A stretch of 42,855 nucleotides of DNA from an uncultured archaeon (GCA_964508365.1 CAZDTP010000034.1:1-42855), one strand, 5' to 3'. Numbered from the stretch's first letter, positions 26,030 through 36,661 are shown. The notes: generated from the sequence alone by a model not told the origin. Numbers and translations: made by a program.

Positions 26030-26704
26030 ATGAGTTGGGAATTTGAAAAGAATAATTTTTATAATTTTATTATTAGGAACAATGTTATTGGATTTTTTGA
26101 TGAACCAATAACACTTAAATCAGGTCGAAAATCGTACTGGTATGTAAATTGGAGAACAGTTGCAGAAGATGTTTTTTTATTAAATATGGTTAGTGATTAT
26201 CTTTTATTATTTGTAAAGCATTTAAATCTAAAACCTGACCTATTTTATGGAGTACCAGAAGGAGCTACGAAATTAGGGATTATTACTCAATATAAATGGG
26301 CGTTCAAGAACAAGAAAATAAAGCCTGGTATGTATACTCTATCGATGGGACGGGGAAAACCAAAGGAACACGGTGATTTAAAGGACAAGTTTTTTCTTGG
26401 AATTCCTAAAGGGAATGTAATATTACTTGAAGATACAACTACTACGGGAGGTTCTATGCTTCACACAATTGATGATTTAGCGAAAATTAATGTAAATATT
26501 ATAGCAGCTATTGGTTTAACAAATCGAAATGAGATTAGAGATGATGGATTTACAGTTGAAGAAGCCATCAACAATAAAGGAGTACAATATTATTCAATGA
26601 GTGATGCAATAGATTTATTACCGAAATTAAAACCTAATCCAACAGTCGTTACTCATATTGAAAATTACTTCAAAAAATATGGAAAAAAGGGGATCAAATT
26701 CTAA
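26030..26704 (+). CDS. pyrE: orotate phosphoribosyltransferase-like PRTase
   Basis: ITLKSGRKSYWYVNWR, KPKEHG flexible loop, VILLEDTTTTGGS PRPP-binding loop. Confidence 0.8.
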   Translation: MSWEFEKNNFYNFIIRNNVIGFFDEPITLKSGRKSYWYVNWRTVAEDVFLLNMVSDYLLLFVKHLNLKPDLFYGVPEGATKLGIITQYKWAFKNKKIKPGMYTLSMGRGKPKEHGDLKDKFFLGIPKGNVILLEDTTTTGGSMLHTIDDLAKINVNIIAAIGLTNRNEIRDDGFTVEEAINNKGVQYYSMSDAIDLLPKLKPNPTVVTHIENYFKKYGKKGIKF

Positions 26705-26717
26705 AATTTACCCGTTT

Positions 26718-27278
26718 CTATTTATTATTTAAAAAAAAAGTTCTCCATACTTTAATTAGCTCAAACAGCTTGTTAAACAGGATTATTTCAGAAGATGTTA
26801 ATCTCCTCTCATCTTCTGAAGATAGATTAGATTTAGCTAATTTTAACAATTTTAGAAGCCGACTATCCACAATGTTTGTTGAATATGATGTAAACCTGTC
26901 TAAATCTATTTTTGGTTTGTTCTTTTCTTGTACCTCTTTTTCGATGAAAAACTTAGACTCTTTAATTTTGTTTAAGAAGTAATTGTTCTCTCTTTGTAAA
27001 AGCATCTGATTATCTCGTTCGCTTATTGCATATCTTTGGACATCAACATTATCGCATTTTTCGCTTATTGCTAACTTAAGGATGTTATTTTCTATAAAAG
27101 AGAGGGCTACAAAAAAGGGTAGGTTGTATTTTTCACCTTTCTCAAAGGGACCAAAACTTTCTCCTAGTACGGAAAAGCGATTGTAAGCATTTATACATTC
27201 GGTAGTGATTTCTTCGTTTTTGAAAATAAAATTTACCCGATTTAAAGATTCCTCTAATTTTACACCAATTTTTTCCAA
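26718..27278 (-). CDS. GINS23-like (Psf2/Psf3-type) subunit
   Basis: N-terminal B domain (GPFEKGEKYNLPFFVALSFIENN) followed by helical A domain ending RLTSSEIILFNKL...WR; mcm is nearby. Confidence 0.72.
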   Translation of the reverse strand: MEKIGVKLEESLNRVNFIFKNEEITTECINAYNRFSVLGESFGPFEKGEKYNLPFFVALSFIENNILKLAISEKCDNVDVQRYAISERDNQMLLQRENNYFLNKIKESKFFIEKEVQEKNKPKIDLDRFTSYSTNIVDSRLLKLLKLAKSNLSSEDERRLTSSEIILFNKLFELIKVWRTFFLNNK

Positions 27279-27391
27279 CTTAAAACACGCGTTATTTAAT
27301 ATTTAATAATCTTCAATTCTTTATTATACTAAATTTATCTTAAGCTATAGAAATATAAATGTATTAAATTATTAATATTCCTTAAAATATC

Positions 27392-30300
27392 GTGAATAAT
27401 TTGCTTATTGAACTTATTCTTTTTATAATTTTTTTATTTTTATCCGTAGTAGGATTCTTCATAATCTATAAACAAGTAGCCTTAGTTAAAAAAGGAGAAT
27501 TTAACCTTAGAGATCGCCTTCAGTGTTTAATATATGGGGTTATCTTTGGTGCGGGGGTGATGATTGTCATTGCGATGGCATTCATTTTTGCCGTAAAGAC
27601 TCCCGAATTTTGGCAAAATAGTAACTTAACTCCCCCCAATATCAGCCCTCTTGCATTACTAATTCCTTTTGCTTTTTGCATTGGATATATATCGTTCTAT
27701 CCATTGATTGATTTCCTTTTCATTGCTTTAAGTTCCGAATTAGACGAAGGACTCACTCCATTTCACAAATTTATAAGTAATAAAATTATCAATTTTTCTA
27801 ATAGTAAGATAATCTCTGTGTTAATGGCAGTTTTCTTATATAGTTTATTTATCATACCACCTCTGTTGTTGACTTTTACAGGTTTACCATTTTTAATGAT
27901 ATGGATTTCCTGGTTACTTGTTTACCCTTTAATGATTCTTACTTTTTATGGATCTAAGGGTTACATCGCAGGGATTTCTAACGAATACTATCACATCCCT
28001 GAAATCAAAAGGTCTATATTTTTAAATTTCGAAGATAGAAAAAGAGGTCTGAAACAATTTATTTCAAATCCCAAACCATATATCATGTTAGGTTTGATGT
28101 TATTCGTGTTTATATGGGCATGGATTTCATTATTTCAGACGATTATTTTCTTTTTTTCAGGATCACTTGCAATTTCTACGATGATGACATCTTATTTTGT
28201 TTTTGTTACTCTTTTATTTGGCATTATCGGCTATTTTACGCGATTTTGGGGTCGTAAGATTAAATATCGCGGCATTGATATTTATTTCGCAGCTTATTTA
28301 ATGGCAACTATTGGAATTAATGTGCTAGTAAATTTTTTAATAGTTAACATAGATAAATTAACGGAAACTTTTAACTATTTGATTATTTCAGCTGAACTTA
28401 TTCCTAATTCATATATGTTTGCTTGGGCAGCTGTAATAGAAGAAATTTTTATGCTTACATTTACAACCTATTATTTCTTGTCAAAAAAGAATAGTTTTAC
28501 TAAAAATCTTAAATATTCTAAGATTATTGAGTACGGTCAAACATTTGATGCTATACCTTTGTTTAATTTCATAAAAAGTTCTGATCCCTTAATTAGGGAT
28601 CACGCAGAGAAGACCCTTTTAATGATGTACGAACGAATTCCTTTAAAATCAGAGATTTCTCTAGACGATTGGGAATATAAAGATTCTTTATTGGATGGAA
28701 TTAGTGATTCAAATCCGAATTCAAGAAGAATTTCTATTCAAATATTAAAAAAATTGGAGAAAGATACCTCTGAAGTAATTATACCATGGATACTAGAAGC
28801 TCTCGAATCACCGAATTACGATAAAAGCATACCTATTGCTGAATCAATACTTCGTGCTGAAGCCTCTTTAATAAAAAAAATACCTATAAAAATCATTAGA
28901 AACCTAATATCAGATTCTGAGTGGAGAATGAAACTGATCGGGTTAAAATTATTAACCAAATTAATCGAAATTGAAAAAGATTCAGTTCAAAATATAAATT
29001 TAATGAAATTTTTAAACGATCCAAGCAGTTTCGTTCAAATTGAAATTCTAAATCTGCTATCAAAGACAAAGTTGAATGTGAAACCTGAAATATTACTAAA
29101 TAAAATTCATCACCCTAATCAAAACATTAGAGCAGCTGCAATTCGAAACTTGAAAAATCTCAATCTTGAAAAACTTGATTCCAATATTGTTAAAACATTA
29201 ATTCCCTTGATGTGCGATACTAACAGTAAAATCCGAGCCTCTATATTTGCCGTAATTTCTAAAATAGGGAACTTTAAGAAATATTCTATTCCTGTCTCGT
29301 CTTTCTATGACGGATTATTAGATACAGATGGAGAAGTAAGGAAGGCATCAGTCTTAGCTCTGGAAAAATATTATGCTGAAGAACCCAAGTCCATCGATCT
29401 AGAAAAAATTATCAGTCAAATTGATACTGAAAATTTAGATTCATTAAATAGTATTTTATCTCTATTAGGGAAAATTTGGCAAAGTAATCCTGAAAAGATT
29501 TTAACAACTTTATTAATATTTATAAAATTCAACAATTCCGAGTTAAAAAAAGAAATTTCAGATATTATTGTTAAAAACTTTAAGAAAAACCCAATTCTAA
29601 TTTTAGATAAATTAATTCGAATTAAAGATGAAACAAAATTTATATCAAAAGGTATTATTACTCAAACGATTATAAAGATATGCAGACAAAACCCTAATGA
29701 AGTAATCCCAAAACTAATTGATCAGTTGAATTCGGAAGATCTTGATATAAAAATTAATATTATCTCTTCGCTGGATGGATTAATAGACGATTTTATTGAT
29801 TTAATAGCCCTTAATTCAATAATAAGAATTATTAAAGGTGAAAATGAGATTGTTCTCAAGAAAGAAGCCGCTCACTTAATTTCTAAAATTTCAAAAACCA
29901 AACCCCTAGCATTAAAATCTGTATTATCAGAATTATTACAATTTCTCCCTAAACAAGAATTGTCTGTTAGAATTGTTTTAACTAAATCTATATTGGAAAT
30001 TTCAAAAAATTTACCGGATATGATACCTGTTCCTCTCGTTTTAGAATATTTATCTGATTCCGATTCATTTATTAGAGAAACAAGTGTGAAAATTTTAGGC
30101 TATATTGGAAAAACTCTGCCGATCCCTACTATTAATGCTCTAATTAACCAAGCTTTAATTGACGAAGAATGGATCGTGCGTGACGCTACAGTTACAAGTT
30201 TAGGAAAACTAATCCTATTTATTGAAGACAAGGAAGTAATTATTAAGAATTTAGTAAATTTAATGGATGACGACAACAGTTGGGTCCGGCGATCATCAAT

Positions 30301-30751
30301 GAAAATTCTTTCTTCAATTAAAGAAATTTCCGAATCCAAAATTCCCTTTATAAAAGTTTCGGAAAACTTACTGAACGAAGACCCAAAGGTTAGAGAAGGA
30401 GCAGCTAATTTATTAAATATTTACAGCTTTGAGGATATTGAAAAAGTTTTTCAGAATATTATATCATTATTAGGAGACGAAGTAGAAGATGTTAGAGCAA
30501 CCACCGTAGATGTAATGGTGAAAATCATCCAAAAAAGGGGTATAACTAAAATACTCTCGAAATTATTAAAAAATTTAAGCGATGAATCCACTTTAGAAAC
30601 ACAACAATCAATAGCAATTATATTGGGGCGAACAGTTAGATATGCAGATGAAAAAATAAAAAAAAGGGTAATCTCTCTACTTAAAATTAGATGTGAAATG
30701 TCACAAGATAAAATTATTTGCAAAATCCTAAATAAATTAAGAGAAGGTTAA
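27392..30751 (+). CDS. polytopic membrane protein with long C-terminal HEAT-repeat solenoid
   Basis: About 9 hydrophobic segments in the first ~365 aa, then recurring L.D....VR..A HEAT motifs (DPLIRDHA, DSEWRMKL, DTNSKIRAS, DGEVRKAS, DSFIRETS, DEEWIVRDAT, DPKVREGA, DVRATT). Confidence 0.85.
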   Translation: MNNLLIELILFIIFLFLSVVGFFIIYKQVALVKKGEFNLRDRLQCLIYGVIFGAGVMIVIAMAFIFAVKTPEFWQNSNLTPPNISPLALLIPFAFCIGYISFYPLIDFLFIALSSELDEGLTPFHKFISNKIINFSNSKIISVLMAVFLYSLFIIPPLLLTFTGLPFLMIWISWLLVYPLMILTFYGSKGYIAGISNEYYHIPEIKRSIFLNFEDRKRGLKQFISNPKPYIMLGLMLFVFIWAWISLFQTIIFFFSGSLAISTMMTSYFVFVTLLFGIIGYFTRFWGRKIKYRGIDIYFAAYLMATIGINVLVNFLIVNIDKLTETFNYLIISAELIPNSYMFAWAAVIEEIFMLTFTTYYFLSKKNSFTKNLKYSKIIEYGQTFDAIPLFNFIKSSDPLIRDHAEKTLLMMYERIPLKSEISLDDWEYKDSLLDGISDSNPNSRRISIQILKKLEKDTSEVIIPWILEALESPNYDKSIPIAESILRAEASLIKKIPIKIIRNLISDSEWRMKLIGLKLLTKLIEIEKDSVQNINLMKFLNDPSSFVQIEILNLLSKTKLNVKPEILLNKIHHPNQNIRAAAIRNLKNLNLEKLDSNIVKTLIPLMCDTNSKIRASIFAVISKIGNFKKYSIPVSSFYDGLLDTDGEVRKASVLALEKYYAEEPKSIDLEKIISQIDTENLDSLNSILSLLGKIWQSNPEKILTTLLIFIKFNNSELKKEISDIIVKNFKKNPILILDKLIRIKDETKFISKGIITQTIIKICRQNPNEVIPKLIDQLNSEDLDIKINIISSLDGLIDDFIDLIALNSIIRIIKGENEIVLKKEAAHLISKISKTKPLALKSVLSELLQFLPKQELSVRIVLTKSILEISKNLPDMIPVPLVLEYLSDSDSFIRETSVKILGYIGKTLPIPTINALINQALIDEEWIVRDATVTSLGKLILFIEDKEVIIKNLVNLMDDDNSWVRRSSMKILSSIKEISESKIPFIKVSENLLNEDPKVREGAANLLNIYSFEDIEKVFQNIISLLGDEVEDVRATTVDVMVKIIQKRGITKILSKLLKNLSDESTLETQQSIAIILGRTVRYADEKIKKRVISLLKIRCEMSQDKIICKILNKLREG

Positions 30752-30930
30752 AAAAAACCAAGATTTTGTTGATATTTCTGTGGAGTATTTCACTAAACCA
30801 ATTCTCTCCTATTATTTTTTTCCGACAAATTTTATTTACTGCTTAATAAGCTTAAATCGTTAATATATCGGATTAAAATATCACCAAAAATAATTTGGGT
30901 ATATCAATGTTAAAATAAAGGTGATCTCGT

Positions 30931-33057
30931 TTGACAACGCCAATGTCCAGCCCTAGTATACCTATTCATAAAATTCAGCGTTTTGAAGAATTTTTTAGAT
31001 TATATGAAGAAAAACCAGGAGTATATAAATATCTAGACTTGATTAATGATGTTATTTCAAAAAGTGGCAACACGCTAACTATTTTCTACGAAGATTTATT
31101 AGCATTTGATCCACAAATTGCTGAGCTTTTAAGAAAAGAGCCAAGTTCCGTTTTAGAAGATATTACTGATGCTTTCATGAATATAATGAAATTTCAAGGC
31201 GGTAATATAATTGATCAAGATTACTTTGTAAGGATAACAACCAAAGACGAACTGAGTCCCCTATTTATAACTTTAAGAGGTTTAAGAGCAAAAAACATAG
31301 ATCGTCTTGTGTGGACTAATGGAATTTTAGTGAGGAGTTCAACGATAAGACCAAAATTAATTAAAGCAGAGTTCGAATGTATGACATGTGGTGCCAAATT
31401 TGAAGTTTTACAACTTACATCTAGAATAAAATGGCCAAAATTTTGTACTAATACACGATGCAAAGCAAAATCTCAATCAGATTTCAGGCTTATTTCTAGA
31501 AATTCTGAATTTATAGATTGGCAAAGCGTCACGGTTCAAGAAATACCGGAAGATCTTCCTCCTGGTAGAATACCTAGAGCGATTCAAGCAATATTAACTT
31601 ACGATTTAGTAGATACTGTAAAACCTGGTGATAGGGTCACTTTAATGGGGACATTTAAATCAGTACTAGCGCAATCTACAAAAAGTATGAATAGTACACT
31701 CTTCAAAACTTTTATCGATGTCAATTACATCGATCCAGAAGACAAAACAGAAGGATTTATCGAATTATCTAAAGAAGATAAAGAGGAAATTGAAAGATTA
31801 TCAAAAGAACCCATGATACAAAAGAAAATAGCAAGGTCTATATCCCCAGTTATCTATGGAAGAGACGAGCTGAAATTGGCCACAGCATTAAGTTTATTTG
31901 GGGGTACTAGAAAAATACGACCTGGGGGAGGATATAAACGAGGGGATATACATGTTTTATTTGTGGGGGATCCAGGGACTGGTAAATCAGAGATTCTAAA
32001 AAGTGCAATCGAAGTATCACCTCGCGGTTTGTATACATCAGGGAAAGGTTCAACGGCAGTTGGTCTAACAGCTGCGGTTATTAAAGACAATGAAACCGGT
32101 CAAATGAACCTTGAGGCAGGGGCCATTATACTAGCTAATGGAGGGGTCGCTGCTATAGATGAATTCGATAAAATGGACACATCTGATAGATCTGCTCTAC
32201 ATGAAGCAATGGAGCAACAAACTGTTAGTATAGCTAAAGCAGGAATTGTTGCTACGTTAAAAGCCCAAACAGCAATTATAGCGGCAGCAAATCCTCGCAC
32301 TGGAAGATATGATCGCTATAAAACACCGACGCAAAATATTAATCTTCCACCTTCACTCTTATCTCGTTTCGATTTAATTTTTATCGTTACGGACAAACCA
32401 GATCCCGCTAATGATGCACAAATGGCAGAGTTTATATTACAAAATTCAATGCAGGGACCAAAGGATAAAACAAACAGTAAATCTAGTAATGTAGCTCCTA
32501 TTGACAATGAACTTCTAAAAAAATACATTAAACATGCAAGAAGGAAATATTTTCCTGTATTGAGTGAAGAAGCAAAGGAAACAATTAAAGAATTCTATTT
32601 ACAACTACGAGGTCAATACGATAGTGAAGATGCGATTGTTTCGATTTTAGCAAGAAATCTAGATGCTCTCGTGCGATTGAGTGAAGCTTATGCAAAAATG
32701 GCATTAAGAAATAAGGTAATCAAAAGCGATGTTGAAGAAATTATCAAATTATTTAAGAGGTATTTAAAAGACACAGGTTACGATGAAAGCACGGGAAAGA
32801 TTGATATGGATAGGCTTTTAGTTGGCCAATCTCGGAGCTCTATCAGTAAACTTGATAAAATGCTTACCAGATTAAAAGAAATATTTGAAGATAACAATTG
32901 GAAAGCCTTAGAAAAAAATAATGTTATTCAAATTCTTGAGCTTGAAGAAGATTTAGATGAAAAATGGATTAAAGATGCTTTGGAAGAACTTGTTAAAGAG
33001 GGTACTCTTTATGAACCAAGGAATAATATGATAAAATTTACTTATAAAGAGGATTAA
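30931..33057 (+). CDS. mcm: MCM replicative helicase
   Basis: Zn finger CMTC...CTNTRC, GDPGTGKS, IDEFDKM, AAANP, SRFD, C-terminal winged helix; no intein; GGTGAT RBS then TTG. Confidence 0.97.
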   Translation: MTTPMSSPSIPIHKIQRFEEFFRLYEEKPGVYKYLDLINDVISKSGNTLTIFYEDLLAFDPQIAELLRKEPSSVLEDITDAFMNIMKFQGGNIIDQDYFVRITTKDELSPLFITLRGLRAKNIDRLVWTNGILVRSSTIRPKLIKAEFECMTCGAKFEVLQLTSRIKWPKFCTNTRCKAKSQSDFRLISRNSEFIDWQSVTVQEIPEDLPPGRIPRAIQAILTYDLVDTVKPGDRVTLMGTFKSVLAQSTKSMNSTLFKTFIDVNYIDPEDKTEGFIELSKEDKEEIERLSKEPMIQKKIARSISPVIYGRDELKLATALSLFGGTRKIRPGGGYKRGDIHVLFVGDPGTGKSEILKSAIEVSPRGLYTSGKGSTAVGLTAAVIKDNETGQMNLEAGAIILANGGVAAIDEFDKMDTSDRSALHEAMEQQTVSIAKAGIVATLKAQTAIIAAANPRTGRYDRYKTPTQNINLPPSLLSRFDLIFIVTDKPDPANDAQMAEFILQNSMQGPKDKTNSKSSNVAPIDNELLKKYIKHARRKYFPVLSEEAKETIKEFYLQLRGQYDSEDAIVSILARNLDALVRLSEAYAKMALRNKVIKSDVEEIIKLFKRYLKDTGYDESTGKIDMDRLLVGQSRSSISKLDKMLTRLKEIFEDNNWKALEKNNVIQILELEEDLDEKWIKDALEELVKEGTLYEPRNNMIKFTYKED

Positions 33058-33113
33058 TTCCTCTTAAATTAACCATTCCTTTTTAAATTCAATCAAAACT
33101 AAATTGTTTTATA

Positions 33114-35303
33114 ATGATGGAATTACCTAATAACAGGAATAAATTCAAAAAAGTGGAAGAATTTGTCTTTGAATTTTATGATGAGGCCTATACTGAATCC
33201 TTAGATGGTGTAGAAGCACCAAAAATAACCGAGGAATCCAATGAAGTTGATTTTAAAACAGATTTAAACGAAGAACAACTCAAAATCGTGAATAACATTC
33301 AAGGTCCAATGTTGGTTATTGCAGGAGCCGGTTCTGGAAAAACGAGGACTATCGTTTATTCTGTTGCTAAACTGTTAGTATCAGGAGTAAAACCTAATGA
33401 AATAATGCTTGTTACATTCACGAATAAAGCTGCTAAAGAAATGATCAAACGAATAGAAAATTTACTTGGAAAAAAACCAAAGGGTATATGGGCGGGTACT
33501 TTCCACTCAATTGCTAGCCGATTTTTGAGGATGTATGCAAAAACGCTTGGATTAAAACCCAATTATACGATTATGGACGAAACTGATGCGAAAGGATTAA
33601 TGAAGTTATCGATTGATAAAGCAGATACAAAAGATCTCGAAGAAAGATTTCCTACATCCGCAATGGTAAAATCCATTTTATCGTTTTCAATCAACTGTAA
33701 TAAGACAATTCGTGAAATAATTCAATGGAAACATGAACAGTTTGATAGCGATGCTGTCTTTGCGAAATTACGCGAAGTCATCAATATTTATAAGACTAAA
33801 AAAGCAGAAGATAGTTTAGTAGATTTCGACGATTTATTAGTTTTCTGGAATAGGTTATTAGACGAAAGATCTATTGCGAAATTAATAGCTAAGAAAATCA
33901 AATATGTTTTGGTTGATGAGTATCAGGATACAAACTATATACAAGACGAGATAATCTATAAAATTGTACAACAAAATCCAAAACATAATTTAATGGTTGT
34001 TGGTGACGATTCACAAAGTATATATGCGTTTCGAGGCGCCAATTTTCAAAATATATTGAATTTTGAGAAAAAATATAAAGAATGCAAAAGATATACTATA
34101 ACTCAAAATTATCGTAGTGTTCCTGAAATTTTAGATTTAGCTAATGAGTCAATAACACATAACTTTTCTCAATATAGGAAAGAGATGCATACAACACATA
34201 AAAATGGAATGAAACCTATTCATGTTTTAACTGAGTCTGATGAATACCAAGCAGAATATATAGTAGAAATGATAAACCAATTGAAATTTGAAGAGTTTGA
34301 TTTAGATGATATTGCTGTTTTGTACCGCGCTGGTTATCACTCATTAAGAATAGAATTGGAATTACAAAAATATAAAATTCCTTATGTTGTGCAATCAGGG
34401 GTATCCTTCTTTGAAAGAGCTCATGTCAAAGATTTACTAGCACATTTACGTATTATTCAAAATCCGCAAGATGAGATCTCTTGGTCAAGAATACTTTCTT
34501 TGTTTCAAGGCATCGGAAAAAAGACTTCCTCTAAAATTTTCGATATGATATCGGTTATAAACAACCCTTTAGAAAATTTAATTTCAAATAACCGTTTCTC
34601 TATTATGTTAGATAAATTGAAAATTTCTAAGCTTGTAAGAGAAGAAATTTGTGATTATTTAAAGAAATTTTTTCTCTCTATTAAATATAACAAACCTAAC
34701 GAAGTTATTAATAAACTAATTCTTCAATTAAGAAAATACTTAAAAATTCAATATGGTAATTGGCAAGATCGCTTAGAAGATCTAAAACAAATTAGTATTT
34801 ATTCCCAAAATTATGATTCTATTCCTATTTTTTTGGATACTATAACACTGAATAAATCTACCTTTGAATCAAAGAAAGTGGGTTTATCATCTTTAGACAA
34901 CCAATCATCATTAACACTTTCCACAATTCATAAAGCAAAAGGATTGGAATGGAAAGTTGTGTTCATTCCGATGTTATCCGATAATCTATTTCCATCGAGC
35001 AAGGTTAAGATTAATTCCCCTGCATATGAGGAAGAACGGAGAATATTTTATGTAGGAATTACCAGAGCGAAAGACAGATTATTTTTAATATCTCCTAAAA
35101 ATATTAAAGTTTTCAAAGGTCAAAGAGAGTTAAACACCTCACAATTCATAAGAGAATTAAATCCAAAAGTATACAAAAAAAAGATATTTAGCTCTATTAA
35201 TCTAAATCAATTAAATCAAGAACAAAATTTAAATAAAAGAAAACCAGAAAGAAAAAAAGACTTTCCTTTATTTACAACAGCAGATTCCTTATTAAAAGAA
35301 TAA
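33114..35303 (+). CDS. UvrD/PcrA/Rep superfamily 1A helicase with C-terminal FTTA motif
   Basis: AGAGSGKT, TFTNKAA, DEYQD, VGDDSQSIYAFRGA, NYRS, STIHKAKGLEW, EERRIFYVGITRAK. Confidence 0.95.
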   Translation: MMELPNNRNKFKKVEEFVFEFYDEAYTESLDGVEAPKITEESNEVDFKTDLNEEQLKIVNNIQGPMLVIAGAGSGKTRTIVYSVAKLLVSGVKPNEIMLVTFTNKAAKEMIKRIENLLGKKPKGIWAGTFHSIASRFLRMYAKTLGLKPNYTIMDETDAKGLMKLSIDKADTKDLEERFPTSAMVKSILSFSINCNKTIREIIQWKHEQFDSDAVFAKLREVINIYKTKKAEDSLVDFDDLLVFWNRLLDERSIAKLIAKKIKYVLVDEYQDTNYIQDEIIYKIVQQNPKHNLMVVGDDSQSIYAFRGANFQNILNFEKKYKECKRYTITQNYRSVPEILDLANESITHNFSQYRKEMHTTHKNGMKPIHVLTESDEYQAEYIVEMINQLKFEEFDLDDIAVLYRAGYHSLRIELELQKYKIPYVVQSGVSFFERAHVKDLLAHLRIIQNPQDEISWSRILSLFQGIGKKTSSKIFDMISVINNPLENLISNNRFSIMLDKLKISKLVREEICDYLKKFFLSIKYNKPNEVINKLILQLRKYLKIQYGNWQDRLEDLKQISIYSQNYDSIPIFLDTITLNKSTFESKKVGLSSLDNQSSLTLSTIHKAKGLEWKVVFIPMLSDNLFPSSKVKINSPAYEEERRIFYVGITRAKDRLFLISPKNIKVFKGQRELNTSQFIRELNPKVYKKKIFSSINLNQLNQEQNLNKRKPERKKDFPLFTTADSLLKE

Positions 35304-35355
35304 TTTAAAATTAATTCTGAATTTAATAAAATTAGAATTTTTAAATACAATTAGT

Positions 35356-35937
35356 GTGATTATAATCTCAGAAGTAATTGAAAACCTAAAAGAAGCTATT
35401 ATTGGAGAAAGTAATGCCAAGGAAAAATATAAGTTTTTCGCACAAAAAGCTATAGAAGAGGGTTTTGATCAGATAGGGAAATTATTCAATGCGATTTCTT
35501 CCGCAGAAGCCATTCATATAAAGAATCATTTGAAAGCGATCGAAAAAATCACCAACTCCGCAGTATCATTAGAAAAAATAGTAAAAATAGATGATGTGGA
35601 TCTATTAGACTCAGTTAGAACCACACGAGAAAATCTAATTCAAGCAATTAAAGGTGAAACATTTGAATTTAAGAAAATGTATAAAGCTTTTATTAAAAAT
35701 GCTAAAAAACAAGATTTATATCTAGCAGAATTTTCATTTAATTTATCTAGGAAAGCTGAAATTGTACATAGCAAACTTTTTATTAAATTTTTAAAAAAAC
35801 TTGATGAACCAGAAAAATTTGAAGATATCGATATTTATGTTTGTCAAATTTGTGGAAATGTTGAATTAGAAAAAATCCCCGAAATTTGTCCAGTGTGCGA
35901 GCATGATAAAATGTATTTCAAAAAATTCTTATCTTAA
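35356..35937 (+). CDS. rbr: rubrerythrin
   Basis: GESNA, EAIH, GETFE, EIVH di-iron motifs; C-terminal CQIC...CPVC rubredoxin-like domain. Start possibly ATC 35365. Confidence 0.92.
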   Translation: MIIISEVIENLKEAIIGESNAKEKYKFFAQKAIEEGFDQIGKLFNAISSAEAIHIKNHLKAIEKITNSAVSLEKIVKIDDVDLLDSVRTTRENLIQAIKGETFEFKKMYKAFIKNAKKQDLYLAEFSFNLSRKAEIVHSKLFIKFLKKLDEPEKFEDIDIYVCQICGNVELEKIPEICPVCEHDKMYFKKFLS

Positions 35938-35953
35938 ATTAATAGAATAATGA

Positions 35954-36661
35954 TTAAATTGATGGTATTAATCCTTCTAATAATCCTCCTATGAAATAAG
36001 AAACAACAAAAGCCAACACACCAATAATCACCATTTCCAAACCTCCTTTCAACTTAGATTCACCAGTTATTTTAGTTTTTATACTCCCAACGAGAAACAA
36101 AGATCCAAAAGAAAGGATTGATGATATCAATAATGATATTGCATTTAAATTGAGAAAATAAGGAAACAGTGGGATAAGCGCACCTATTATAAAAGAAAAA
36201 AAAGTTAATAACGCACCCATAATAGGATTTTCAGGCTCATCTAACCCCAATTCAGATGTAATCAGAAATTTAAGCCAAGTCTCCTCATTGGATGTAATAA
36301 CATTTACACATGCATTTAAAATTTCTCCCTCTAACCCCATTTTCTCAAATTCATCTCTAACCTCTCGCTTTTCTTCCTCGGGAAATAGAAATATTTCCGC
36401 TTTTTCTCTTTTGATTTCATTTTTTATATAATGATATTCAGATTTAGACGAAATATACTCCCCAAGACCCATACTTACTGCTCCTGAGACCATTGCTGCT
36501 ATTCCAGTTAATATTACAATTATTGTTCCACTTGATATTAATGTAGCTGCTGCAACTCCTACTAATAATGTAAAAGTTGATATTAAGCCATCGTTTAATC
36601 CTAGGATTATACTTCTTATTTTACCTCCTCCAGCTATATGCTCTTCTTCTCTTTTTGACAT
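35954..36661 (-). CDS. VIT1/CCC1 family Fe/Mn transporter
   Basis: ILGLNDGL, SGAVSMGLGEYIS, EIKREKAEI metal-binding region, ELGL, P...ALLTFFSFIIGALIPLFP. Confidence 0.92.
   Translation of the reverse strand: MSKREEEHIAGGGKIRSIILGLNDGLISTFTLLVGVAAATLISSGTIIVILTGIAAMVSGAVSMGLGEYISSKSEYHYIKNEIKREKAEIFLFPEEEKREVRDEFEKMGLEGEILNACVNVITSNEETWLKFLITSELGLDEPENPIMGALLTFFSFIIGALIPLFPYFLNLNAISLLISSILSFGSLFLVGSIKTKITGESKLKGGLEMVIIGVLAFVVSYFIGGLLEGLIPSI

Noticed and set aside
30752-30930. Possible replication origin (ORB) upstream of mcm
   Set aside because: Only a weak TTTCTGTGGAG resemblance; no repeated ORB boxes or G-string, and no cdc6/orc1 in the window.
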